This document shows, one piece after another, positions 9,417 through 18,695 of a DNA stretch of 64,000 nt. Source of the DNA: Candidatus Magasanikbacteria bacterium GW2011_GWC2_37_14. GTDB taxonomy: Bacteria; Patescibacteriota; Patescibacteriia; Magasanikbacterales; UBA922. Where the stretch lies: contig LBSX01000004.1 in assembly GCA_000990355.1 (NCBI GenBank), positions 1,757 to 65,756 of the forward strand, read 5' to 3'. A program made the translations under genes and the position numbers. The number at the start of each line of letters is the position of its first letter. Position 1 is the stretch's first letter. Below the pieces are notes generated by a model. That model ran no database searches, had not been told where the DNA came from, and worked only from the letters and a program-made list of their open reading frames with translations.

Positions 9417-10061
9417 TTATAATTTTAATAAAGTTTCCCAGCCTTCAAGAAGTTGTGGGGCTTGAATTTGTTTATTATTAAAAAATATAGTCGGCAGTGC
9501 TTGAATATTTAAAAGCATTGCCAATTGTTCGTTTTTTTGCAAATAATTTTTTGGCTCTGCCGAGGCTAAACAATCAGTTAATTTTTTTGAATCCAAATTA
9601 ATATTAACAGCAATCAAATCTAATACTTCTTTATTTAAGTTGTCACCATTTACAAAAGCGGTTTCGGCAAATTCATTAAATTTTTTTTGTTTATTGGCGC
9701 AATAAGCATAATTGTGAGCCAATTCGGTAGAAGCCGGGTAAACAGTACGAGATAAGCCTTTCCAAATCACTTTTACTTTTGTAGGATACTTAGTAATTAA
9801 TTCTTTTAATAATTCATGTTGAGCTTGGCAAGTAGGACAACCAAAATCTCCAAAAACTACCAAAGTTGTGCCAGTATTTTTGTTGCCAATTATTGGGTCT
9901 TCAAGATTTAAAGGTATATTGAAGCTGGTTGGTTTGATTTTTTCATATTCAGCCGCGCTGGGGTTTAGTGGGTTGTATTGAATTATTCTTACAAAGAAAA
10001 CTAGCATTACCAAAAGAATTGCCGGAATAAAAATTAATAAAAGTTGTTTGGTTTTTATCAT
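9417..10061 (-). CDS. DsbA-like thiol:disulfide oxidoreductase (thioredoxin fold)
   Basis: N-terminal TM anchor, CPTC active-site motif (FGDFGCPTCQ). Confidence 0.6.
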   Translation of the reverse strand: MIKTKQLLLIFIPAILLVMLVFFVRIIQYNPLNPSAAEYEKIKPTSFNIPLNLEDPIIGNKNTGTTLVVFGDFGCPTCQAQHELLKELITKYPTKVKVIWKGLSRTVYPASTELAHNYAYCANKQKKFNEFAETAFVNGDNLNKEVLDLIAVNINLDSKKLTDCLASAEPKNYLQKNEQLAMLLNIQALPTIFFNNKQIQAPQLLEGWETLLKL

Positions 10062-11275
10062 AAGCTTAAATTAAATAATCCTGTTTGATTTTTATCGGTA
10101 AAGTAAAGCGTTGTGCCATCAGGGCTTAGGTTTAAAGAATCAATGGTGTGATTTTCATTGAGTGGTACTTCAATTTTTACACCACTTTCCAAATCAATTT
10201 TAAAAATTTGGTCAGGTGTGCCATTGGCCAAAGCTGGAGCAAAGCCAGCACCAGTTTGCAAAGCAATTGGTACAGCGCAATAAGCATAGCGTTCGTCGGC
10301 AAAAGTACATTTGTCTACCCAAGTATTTACACTAAGCAAGCGGCGATTACTGCCAATATTGTCGCCTTCGGCATCAACTACCCAAATTTCTGGTTTGTAA
10401 TCGTTTCTGGCGCTATAAACACTATAAAGTAATTTTTTACCAGTTGGCGACCAAGAACTTTTTAGACCACGACCTTCTACAATAATTGAAGGAAAATTTT
10501 CTTTGTTTAAACCGACCATGAGTATTTCTTGGCGGTCATCTCCTAGTGCTTCACCAGTGGCCGAAAGAGCTACTATTTGTTTGTTTGGCGACCAATCTAC
10601 AGTTACTTTGCTAGAATTATCACCCATTGGTTCAATTAATTTAATATTTTTACCATCGGGATCCGAAGTTACCAGCCAACGATTTTCGGTTGCTAAACCT
10701 TCACTCTTGGCAGCAATTTTATCGCCAGTTGGAGAAAAGGAAAAATTTTCCCAGTGTTTTGGTAAAGAAGCTTTTTTGCCAGTATCAAAATCATAATAAA
10801 TATTAGAACCATCTGGGTATTCTAAAATTGATTCATTTTTTACTTTGGACCAAGTAACCTTTTGTACATTATAAAAAACTTCATCACTCAGGGCTTGCAT
10901 TTTTCCATTGGCGTCTAGTCGATAAAATTTTCCATCAATTTGATCATAAAATTTTACTTGCCCATCTTTGTCGGGATTAAGCCCAATTAATGGAGAATCT
11001 ACTACTTGTTTGCTAGTAATTTCTGTTTGATCAAAGCCTTGAGTGCTTGGTAAATTACCTGCAGTAGGTAAACCAACGGTAACATCGTCAGCAATAGTAG
11101 TAATGGTGCCTTCACCGGCAGTTGGTAATTTGCCTATAGTGGTAGTTGTGGTGCCTGTGCTTACATTTGATGGGGGAGTTTTTTTGGCAAAAAATACCCA
11201 ATACAATAAATAACCAAGGCCCAGACAAAGGATTACAAAGAGAATGGCAATTATTAGTCTTTTTTTGTTATCCAT
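10058..11275 (-). CDS. membrane-anchored PD40/TolB-like beta-propeller protein
   Basis: N-terminal TM. Repeated WSP(T/N)G/FSPTGDK and SPDGTTLYF PD40-type repeats. Confidence 0.5.
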   Translation of the reverse strand: MDNKKRLIIAILFVILCLGLGYLLYWVFFAKKTPPSNVSTGTTTTTIGKLPTAGEGTITTIADDVTVGLPTAGNLPSTQGFDQTEITSKQVVDSPLIGLNPDKDGQVKFYDQIDGKFYRLDANGKMQALSDEVFYNVQKVTWSKVKNESILEYPDGSNIYYDFDTGKKASLPKHWENFSFSPTGDKIAAKSEGLATENRWLVTSDPDGKNIKLIEPMGDNSSKVTVDWSPNKQIVALSATGEALGDDRQEILMVGLNKENFPSIIVEGRGLKSSWSPTGKKLLYSVYSARNDYKPEIWVVDAEGDNIGSNRRLLSVNTWVDKCTFADERYAYCAVPIALQTGAGFAPALANGTPDQIFKIDLESGVKIEVPLNENHTIDSLNLSPDGTTLYFTDKNQTGLFNLSL

Positions 11276-11302
11276 AGATAATTAATAAAAAATAAAATTT
11301 AT

Positions 11303-12688
11303 TTATTTCTGGGTTTTATTTCTAAACAAAGAGGCATTGTATAATTTATTGATTTGTAAACTAGTTTCTTTTATTTGTTTTTCAATATTTTTCACTTGTT
11401 TGTCAATATTACTTATTGATTTTTCTTTGGCGATGTTTTTTATTTCTGTGTTTACTTCTTTTATTTCTTTATTTATTTTTCGGTATTTGGGATAAAATCT
11501 CCAAACAAGTGGTAAACAAATAAAAATAAGCACAATTATAATTCCTCTAAGCTTGCGTTTTTTCTTTTTTAAAACATCTAGTTTGTCTTGCAAAGGTTTG
11601 TTTAATCTATTGTATTCTCGTTTTCGCTGGCCAATTAAACTACTTTTTTGGTTTGTTAGTTGTTCACTGATTCCTTCTAGTGGTTGTATTTTTTCACGAT
11701 TGCGCTGCGCGTTTATCATTTGGGTAAAACCGCTGCGTTGTTTAATTTTTTCTTGAGGATCTTCCTGTGGTTTGCCGTCTTCACCATTACCTTCTGGCTG
11801 ACTAGTACCATCGCCATTTTGGTTTTGGTTTGCACCAGTAGATTTAGCATCATTAGCGGTATCTTGGTTTGGTAAACCAGTCTGAGTATCAGCTTCGCCG
11901 TTTTCTGTTGGCATGCTGGGGGCAGTGTCGGTTGGTTTTTCTCCAGTATCATCTTGATTAGTTGGTGCAGTTTTGTTGTCTGGACTTGCTGGTTGTTTTG
12001 AAGGTGCTGTTTCTGGCGTTGTTTCTGGGTTCTGTTCAACAGGTTTTTCGGTAGGAGCTGTTTTGGGCTCAATTGGTGGTGGTAGGTCAGGATTTTCTGC
12101 TATTGGAGGAGTTGGTGGATTTTGGGGAATTCCACTGTCAGTTGGTTCTGGAGCGTTTGTTCCATTTGTATCGTCTTCATTACCACCGCTATTGTCGTCG
12201 TTATTACCAGCTGGATTACTACCGGCAGCTTGGGTAGGTGTGGCAATATTACCAGTTTTATTTGTTGATTTTGGTCCAGTTGGTTTTTGTTGGGCACCAG
12301 TAGTTGTTGGAGCTAGCGCTGTACCCTCATCTTCTGCAGATTCAGTTTCGTCTGTAGGGGTAGTAGTTTTAGGAGCCTCGGCAATCAGATCTCCTTCGGG
12401 AACTAATTCTGGTTCTTCTAAACCTAAATTTTCAATAGCAGACACAGCTTCTTCTTCTCCTAACTCATTTCCAACTGCTTGAATCAAGGCGGCATTTTTG
12501 ATAGCGTCTGTCATTGTTGCTTGTTCAACAATTTTTTTGGTTTCTTCCTCAGCAACTTGTTCGGCAATTTTTCTTATTTCTTTTTCAATATCTGGTTCAG
12601 CTGTTTCGGCCACGCTTTTAGCGGTATTATTAATTAGACCAGGTTTGATAGTTAATTTTTTATTAAATTGTTGGCTATTTTTGGCCAT
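11303..12688 (-). CDS. low-complexity acidic/Pro-Thr-rich protein with C-terminal TM helix and coiled coil
   Basis: Composition only. No recognisable catalytic motif. Confidence 0.35.
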   Translation of the reverse strand: MAKNSQQFNKKLTIKPGLINNTAKSVAETAEPDIEKEIRKIAEQVAEEETKKIVEQATMTDAIKNAALIQAVGNELGEEEAVSAIENLGLEEPELVPEGDLIAEAPKTTTPTDETESAEDEGTALAPTTTGAQQKPTGPKSTNKTGNIATPTQAAGSNPAGNNDDNSGGNEDDTNGTNAPEPTDSGIPQNPPTPPIAENPDLPPPIEPKTAPTEKPVEQNPETTPETAPSKQPASPDNKTAPTNQDDTGEKPTDTAPSMPTENGEADTQTGLPNQDTANDAKSTGANQNQNGDGTSQPEGNGEDGKPQEDPQEKIKQRSGFTQMINAQRNREKIQPLEGISEQLTNQKSSLIGQRKREYNRLNKPLQDKLDVLKKKKRKLRGIIIVLIFICLPLVWRFYPKYRKINKEIKEVNTEIKNIAKEKSISNIDKQVKNIEKQIKETSLQINKLYNASLFRNKTQK

Positions 12689-12689
12689 G

Positions 12690-13043
12690 TTAGTTACTAA
12701 AAACTTTTAACAATTTATTACATTCTAAATAATATTTTTTATATTCGTTTTCTATAAACAAATTACTAATAAATCCCAGATTTTCTTTTTCTTCTTCTAA
12801 ATGTAAAATCATTAGTTTGGCTCGAACTTTTATAACAGCTTGCAAATAATAATTTATATCTAAACTAGAATCATTTGGATTTTGGTATATTTTAAGTAAT
12901 TGATTTTTAAAATAACCAAGTTCTTCTTTTATTTGTTGGCGTTTTTGGGCTAGTGGTTGTTTGGGGGTATTTTTTTGTTGTTGTGTTTTTTTCAACACCG
13001 TTGCCCATTGTTGTTCGAAGTTTGGCATATTTTTGGTTGTCAT
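12690..13043 (-). CDS. hypothetical protein; start codon lies in the terminal TGTCAT of a MITE
   Basis: ORF only. The ATG is the reverse complement of the element's left terminus. Confidence 0.3.
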   Translation of the reverse strand: MTTKNMPNFEQQWATVLKKTQQQKNTPKQPLAQKRQQIKEELGYFKNQLLKIYQNPNDSSLDINYYLQAVIKVRAKLMILHLEEEKENLGFISNLFIENEYKKYYLECNKLLKVFSN

Positions 13044-13137
13044 GCTGAATCCTGAAATAAATTCAGGACAAGTACCATTTCAGCATCCCAGGGGATCCTG
13101 AAACAAGTTCAGGATGACAATTGTTTTCAGGATGACA
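13038..13137. mobile_element. MITE-like element, family 1 (copy A)
   Basis: Termini TGTCATGCTGAA...TTCAGGATGACA (right end duplicated). Two hairpin modules, GTCATGCTGAA/TTCAGCATC and GATCCTGAAAC/GTTCAGGATGAC. Confidence 0.75.
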
Positions 13138-13142
13138 GTTGT

Positions 13143-15662
13143 TTACTTTAACTGGTAATTATTTTCTGTAACCATCATTTGATAAGTTTTTTTGCGATTA
13201 TTTTTTTGTAAAATGTCAATTACCAAATCCTGAAAAGTATCTTGCAGTATTTTTTCTACTTGGCGGGCGCCTTCGTTTTCATTCCAAGATTCTTCGGCCA
13301 TTTTTTCCAAAGCGTCTTTGCTCAAATTAATTATTAAATTTTGTGTTTCTTTTAATTTGTTATTTAATAAATCTACTTGATTTTTTATAATTTCTTTAAT
13401 AGTATTTTTGTTTAATGGTGAAAAAATTAAAATATTATCTAAACGTCCAATAATTGTGGAAGTTAGTTCTTCTTTTAATTTGTTTTTAATATTTTTTTCT
13501 AATTCGGGATTAAATTCTGATGTGCTGGCGCCAAAACCAAAACCTTGGTTTTTAAAATATTCGGCGCCAAGATTGGTAGTTAAAATAATTACTGCATGGT
13601 TGAAATGAGTTTTTTTACCACCACTATCAGTTAATTGGCCTTCATCCAAAATTTGTAAGAGTAATTTAATAACATCGGGGTGGGCTTTGTCTATTTCGTC
13701 CAAAAGTAATACACAATAGGGACGGCGACGAATATCTTCTAAAAAGCGATTGCGTTCTTTGTAGCCCACATAGCCAGCTGGGGAGCCCAAGAGTTTGGAA
13801 GTACTGTGACTTTCGGAAAATTCACTCATATCTAGTTTAACCAGAGCTTTTTCATCGTGAAATAATTCTTTGGCTAATATTTTGGCTAAATAAGTTTTGC
13901 CCACACCGCTGGGGCCGGCAAATAAAAATGAGGCAAAGGGGCACTTTTTATTTTTTAATCCCAAACTAGCTTGACGGAGATTTTTTACCAGAGTTTTAAT
14001 GGTGTTTTCTTGTCCAAATAAATTTTGATTTAATCTTTCTGCCAAAGTGCTTAATTCCTGCCACTCATTATTGGTTAATATTTTTTCGTCGATGTTTAAA
14101 CGAGTGGCTAGTACATGAATAATATGTTCAGCACCTACTTTTTTGGTAATTATTTTTTTATTTTTTTGCAAACTTTTTTCTACATTATTTATACTTACAA
14201 TGGTATCTTCTAGTTGTTTTTTAAGTTCCAAAGCCTCGTTAAAATTACCACTACTAACAGCCAGGTCTTTTTTGCTAATAATTTCTTCTAAATTTTTTCT
14301 TAATTTGATAATTTTTTCTTCTTGCAGGTTGAGTTTGACTCCCGAACGCACATAGGCACAAGCTTCATCTAATAAATCAATTGTCTTGTCGGGTTGAAAA
14401 TTATCATGAATATAACGGTCGCTTAATTTTTGTGAGGTGATTAAAGCCTCGGCCGTAATTTTTAAATGATGGAAATTTTCGTAGTATTTTTTTATGCCCA
14501 ATAAAATTTCTGCAGTCTCGGCTTCATTGGGTTCATCTACCAAAATTGTTTGAAAACGTCGCTCTAGTGCTGGATCATTGGCTAAATGTTTTTTGTATTC
14601 ATCCAAAGTGGTGGCGCCAATACAACGTAGTAGCCCTCGGGCCAAAGCTGGTTTTAAAATATTGGCCGCATCCATGGCTCCTTGCGAAGAACCAGCGCCA
14701 ATAATATTGTGTAGTTCATCGATAAATAAAATAATATTGGGTGATTTACTTACCTCATCAATTACTTGTTTTAGCCGGGCTTCAAATTCGCCACGGTAAA
14801 TAGTCCCAGAGATTAAAAGGGTCATGTCTAGTGACAATAGTTTTTTACCGCGTAGTACTGCTGGTACTTTGTTTTCACTAATGCGTTTGGCCAAGCCTTC
14901 GACAATGGCAGTTTTGCCCACCCCTGGCTCGCCAATCAAGACTGGATTGTTTTTGGTGCGGCGGGCTAAAATATTTACTAGTCTTTCTATTTCTGACTCT
15001 CGGCCAATTACGGGGTCAATATTTTTTTGGATTTTTTCGTCGGTTAAATTGGTAGTATATAAATCCAAGGCACTAGAATTTCCGCGTTTATTTTTTGGTA
15101 AAGTAGAGGACCGTGGTGGCATTAGTGGTTCACGTTCATCATTGCCAAAAGTTTCTTCTAATTGCGACATAATACTGCCAACTTCTTCTATATCGGGAAA
15201 ATTACTAATACTCTGGACAATACTTTCTATTTGTTCGGTTATTTGGGCGTTGGAAATTTTAAAATAAGCCAAAGTTTTTTTAATTTCTTGATCATCACAA
15301 TTTATTAAGCCGTGCAATAAATGTTCACTACCTACATGGGCATGTCCGCGTTCGTAAGCCAAGAGCATGGCTTTTTCCATAGCTTTGCGAGCATTGGTAT
15401 TAAGTTGTGGCAAAATGGCGGTGGCAGTTTTTTCCGTGCCTAGTAGGGGAGTAGTTTCCAAAAGTTTATAAAGAATGTCGTTGTTCCATTTAAATTTATT
15501 TAAAATTTCCGCGGCGACTGAGCCTTTTTCTTCGTACAAGACAATCAAAAGCATAAGTGGATTCACTTGTGTTTGTTCCAAAGAAGTTGCCAAAGCCATG
15601 GCCTTGGCAACAATGTTTTTTAGATGTGAGGAAAAACGCTCCAAAATCTGTTCTGGATTCAT
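13143..15662 (-). CDS. clpC: ATP-dependent Clp protease ATP-binding subunit ClpC/ClpB family (two AAA+ modules)
   Basis: Clp_N repeats. NBD1 GEPGVGKTAIVEGLA / FIDELHNIIGAG. NBD2 GPSGVGKTYLAK / LLLDEIDKAHPDV. Confidence 0.85.
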   Translation of the reverse strand: MNPEQILERFSSHLKNIVAKAMALATSLEQTQVNPLMLLIVLYEEKGSVAAEILNKFKWNNDILYKLLETTPLLGTEKTATAILPQLNTNARKAMEKAMLLAYERGHAHVGSEHLLHGLINCDDQEIKKTLAYFKISNAQITEQIESIVQSISNFPDIEEVGSIMSQLEETFGNDEREPLMPPRSSTLPKNKRGNSSALDLYTTNLTDEKIQKNIDPVIGRESEIERLVNILARRTKNNPVLIGEPGVGKTAIVEGLAKRISENKVPAVLRGKKLLSLDMTLLISGTIYRGEFEARLKQVIDEVSKSPNIILFIDELHNIIGAGSSQGAMDAANILKPALARGLLRCIGATTLDEYKKHLANDPALERRFQTILVDEPNEAETAEILLGIKKYYENFHHLKITAEALITSQKLSDRYIHDNFQPDKTIDLLDEACAYVRSGVKLNLQEEKIIKLRKNLEEIISKKDLAVSSGNFNEALELKKQLEDTIVSINNVEKSLQKNKKIITKKVGAEHIIHVLATRLNIDEKILTNNEWQELSTLAERLNQNLFGQENTIKTLVKNLRQASLGLKNKKCPFASFLFAGPSGVGKTYLAKILAKELFHDEKALVKLDMSEFSESHSTSKLLGSPAGYVGYKERNRFLEDIRRRPYCVLLLDEIDKAHPDVIKLLLQILDEGQLTDSGGKKTHFNHAVIILTTNLGAEYFKNQGFGFGASTSEFNPELEKNIKNKLKEELTSTIIGRLDNILIFSPLNKNTIKEIIKNQVDLLNNKLKETQNLIINLSKDALEKMAEESWNENEGARQVEKILQDTFQDLVIDILQKNNRKKTYQMMVTENNYQLK

Positions 15663-15811
15663 AATTATGTGCGAAATACTAATATTACGAAAGTACGAAA
15701 TTTTCGAACTTCGTACATCTGCAGTTAACCCTTGATATAACTGCTATAATATTATATACTTTTTTCAGTTTTTAAGCAAAGTTTAAATATAGTTAATTTA
15801 TTATAATTATT

Positions 15812-17239
15812 ATGCAAATAAATCCACATATTTTTCGCGGTTATGATTTGCGCGGTTTGGCAGGCGAAGATCTCAATCCTTTGATAGCCGAACATTTGGG
15901 TAAGGCCTTTGGTACTTTTTTGTTGAGAAGAGATATACATGATGTAGTAGTTGGGCATGACTGTCGATCCACTAGTTCGGAGTATAGTGTTGCTTTAATT
16001 AAAGGACTTTTGTCAACTGGCGTTGATGTGGTTGATATTGGTATGAGCTTGGTAGGGACACTATATTGGTCACAATATTATTTTAAGCACAAAGGTGGGG
16101 TTTTTGTGACTGCTTCACACAACCCAGCACAGTATAATGGTTTTAAATTTGCCCATGATTTTTCTAGTACTTTGGTTTATGAAGAATTGCAAGAATTACG
16201 CAAGTTGGCGGAGATAGAGGATTATATTATTGCTGGTCAGCCGGGTAAATTAAAAGAATCTGGCATTAATGATTTATATATTAAAGATTTAGCTGGTCGT
16301 TTTGGTAAGTACAAAAATTTTAAGGTTTTAATTGATTCTGGCAATAATAATTCAGCTTTGATTGCTCCGGAGTTATTTAGACAAGTTGGGTGTGAAGTAT
16401 TTGAAAAAAATACAAATATAGATTCTAGCTTTCCGTTGGGTACTCCTGACCCCACTGACAAAATTGTGATGCAGAGATTGGCGGATGAAGTAATGAGCGC
16501 TGGTGCAGGAATTGGTTTTACTTACGATGCCGACGGCGATCGTCTTGGGGTGGTTGGAAATCAAGGCGAATTTGTGTGGAATGATGTGTTAGTGGCCTTG
16601 TTTGCGGCCGATGTTTTACACGATAACCCAGGCGCAAAAATTGTTTTTAATACTCTTTGTTCCAAAATTGTGGTGGACACTATAAAAAATAATGGCGGTA
16701 TTCCTGTGATGTGTCGCACTGGTCATTCTTTTATTAAAGCTAAAGCTAAGGAAGTACAAGCAAAATTTGCTGGTGAATTGTCAGGACATTTTTTCTTTTT
16801 AGATAAATTTTATCCGCACGACGATGGTCCTTATGCCACATTAAGAGTTTTAGACTATCTATCTAAAACCAATCAAACTTTGAGTCAGGCTATTGCTAGT
16901 TTACCCTTTTATATTTCTAGTCCAGAAATTAAAGTGTTTTGTGCTGATGATAAAAAAGTAGAATTGATGAGTAGAATTAGTCCTATATTGAAAAAAGATT
17001 TTCCTGAAGCAGAAGTAATTGATGATGAAAGAGCAGCCGACGGTGTACGTTTGGAATTGTTTGATGGAATGTTTGTGGTACGATATTCACAAAATGGACC
17101 TTATCTAACTGTTAAGTTTGAGGCCAAGACACAAGAAAAATATCAAGAATTAAAACAATACATTGATAAATTATTACATCAGTTTGGAGATATTGATTGG
17201 CAATCTAAAATGAATGTAAATATTGAGTCTTTGGACTAA
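15812..17239 (+). CDS. phosphomannomutase/phosphoglucomutase (alpha-D-phosphohexomutase)
   Basis: Active-site TASHNPAQYNGFK. Metal-binding DADGDR. Four-domain length. Confidence 0.8.
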   Translation: MQINPHIFRGYDLRGLAGEDLNPLIAEHLGKAFGTFLLRRDIHDVVVGHDCRSTSSEYSVALIKGLLSTGVDVVDIGMSLVGTLYWSQYYFKHKGGVFVTASHNPAQYNGFKFAHDFSSTLVYEELQELRKLAEIEDYIIAGQPGKLKESGINDLYIKDLAGRFGKYKNFKVLIDSGNNNSALIAPELFRQVGCEVFEKNTNIDSSFPLGTPDPTDKIVMQRLADEVMSAGAGIGFTYDADGDRLGVVGNQGEFVWNDVLVALFAADVLHDNPGAKIVFNTLCSKIVVDTIKNNGGIPVMCRTGHSFIKAKAKEVQAKFAGELSGHFFFLDKFYPHDDGPYATLRVLDYLSKTNQTLSQAIASLPFYISSPEIKVFCADDKKVELMSRISPILKKDFPEAEVIDDERAADGVRLELFDGMFVVRYSQNGPYLTVKFEAKTQEKYQELKQYIDKLLHQFGDIDWQSKMNVNIESLD

Positions 17240-17276
17240 AAAATTAGCAGAAATAAAAAAAATAATTATTTAATTT

Positions 17277-17984
17277 ATGTTAAAAGAAGGTCGAAGAGTT
17301 GTTCCACCAGTAGATTCAGGAAGTGAAATATTGGTAGGTAGTAAGATAGACTGCATAGAGACTGGTTTCAATCCAAATTTTAGTTTGGCAGAGTTTGTTG
17401 AAAAAAGAGTGGCTGATGAGAGTCGTTTTTTGGGGAGGGGTGGAGTTGGCAAAGTGTTTGAGTTGGGACATGGTTTGTGTATAAAAATTATGGAAAATAG
17501 ACATACCAAACCAGATGCGCACAAATATAATCTGGGCAATTCACCACTTGATGAGTTTAGAATTCAAAATCGTTTGCGTGGCTTTGAAGCAAGTGGTTGT
17601 TTTGCGCCAAATACAGTAGCTTGTTATGCTGGGGCAGAAACATCAGCCATTATGATGGAGCAAATTGATGGTGCTGAATTACAAAAAATTTTAAATGGCG
17701 AGGAAGTATTGCCAGATAGTTTTGATTTTGATACTTTTTTTGAAGCGTTGGATGATTATCTTCAGGAGATGCACGATCGTTTTGGTATTGTTCATAATGA
17801 TTTGGAGCCAAGAAATCTTATGGTTGACAGGACTACGGGTTTGCCCAGACTTATAGATTTTGGGCGATCTTTAGAAGTAGGTGCTTTGGATACACAAAAA
17901 GCAGAAAGGATTAAAAACGCAGAATTAGATAAAATGGATGTTGTTTATCAAACAGTGGAGAGATTTTTAAATAAAATAAATTAA
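17277..17984 (+). CDS. protein kinase-like fold protein (eukaryotic-like Ser/Thr kinase / Kdo-RIO-like)
   Basis: Gly-rich loop LGRGGVGKVF, catalytic-loop-like HNDLEPRN, DFG motif (LIDFGRS). Confidence 0.5.
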   Translation: MLKEGRRVVPPVDSGSEILVGSKIDCIETGFNPNFSLAEFVEKRVADESRFLGRGGVGKVFELGHGLCIKIMENRHTKPDAHKYNLGNSPLDEFRIQNRLRGFEASGCFAPNTVACYAGAETSAIMMEQIDGAELQKILNGEEVLPDSFDFDTFFEALDDYLQEMHDRFGIVHNDLEPRNLMVDRTTGLPRLIDFGRSLEVGALDTQKAERIKNAELDKMDVVYQTVERFLNKIN

Positions 17985-18000
17985 TTTTAATATCAATTAT

Positions 18001-18246
18001 ATGAATGCTTTTTCAGAAGGGCCTAGTGTTTCGGGTGAATATTCTCCAGAAATTTTACAGGCAGCTGAAGCTTTGGCACACGAAATGCTCTTGAAAGGAG
18101 AAACAGGGGTGCGCAAGTTTCCTTTTGGCCAGAGAGCCGGTGACTTGTTTTTAACTACTGATCCTAATTTAGTTATTGGTTCCAAAACTATAGAAGTAGA
18201 GGATCAGACATTTTATATTGGTTTATCTTTGGCTGGTGAGAATTAA
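18001..18246 (+). CDS. hypothetical small protein
   Basis: ORF only. Confidence 0.25.
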   Translation: MNAFSEGPSVSGEYSPEILQAAEALAHEMLLKGETGVRKFPFGQRAGDLFLTTDPNLVIGSKTIEVEDQTFYIGLSLAGEN

Positions 18247-18277
18247 AATCTTGTAGCAGTGTATTAGTGCAGTAATA

Positions 18278-18306
18278 CAAAACCCCGGGATGAACCCGGG
18301 GTTTTT
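18278..18306. terminator. bidirectional intrinsic terminator between convergent genes
   Basis: aaaaccccggg-atgaa-cccggggttttt. Confidence 0.6.
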
Positions 18307-18318
18307 CTATGTATATGT

Positions 18319-18579
18319 TTACATCTGTGCTGGAGGAGTTGGTGGGGTAGTAGTTTTGTGTTCACAACAGCCACCAGAACAATTATGCTTAGCAAACACG
18401 TAAATGTACAAAATTTCCAAAATACCTACAGTATTGATTATGCACAAGGCAATAAACCAGCCCAAATCATTGTTACGGGCGGCTTTCCAAAGTGCAATGG
18501 CTTTCCAAACGCCAGACCAAATTACCACAGCGGTAATTAATAGGCCAAATCCGGCGATAAATGGAACAATGTCTTCCAT
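18319..18579 (-). CDS. small two-TM membrane protein, PLDc_N-like domain, Cys-rich C-terminus
   Basis: W...WKAxxW...WFIALCIINTVGILEILY resembles the PLD N-terminal membrane domain. Tail CSGGCCEHK. Confidence 0.35.
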   Translation of the reverse strand: MEDIVPFIAGFGLLITAVVIWSGVWKAIALWKAARNNDLGWFIALCIINTVGILEILYIYVFAKHNCSGGCCEHKTTTPPTPPAQM

Positions 18580-18606
18580 ATTTTATTGTTTAAGAATTAA
18601 ACGGTT

Positions 18607-18688
18607 TGTCATGCTGAATCCTGAAATAAATTCAGGACAAGTACCATTTCAGCATCCCCAGGGATCCTGAAACAAGTTCAGGATGACA
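18607..18688. mobile_element. MITE-like element, family 1 (copy B)
   Basis: Near-identical to copy A (TGTCATGCTGAATCCTGAAATAAATTCAGGACAAGTACCATTTCAGCATCCC...GTTCAGGATGACA). Confidence 0.75.
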
Positions 18689-18695
18689 GTTGTTG

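Noticed and set aside
3437-12297. Short antisense ORFs inside longer genes (e.g. 3437-3625, 3833-4069, 5101-5283, 6531-6755, 11716-12072, 11973-12482, 12100-12297).
   Set aside because: They are shadow ORFs nested in well-supported genes. Several are just the reverse read-through of inserted GC-rich elements or of the low-complexity gene.
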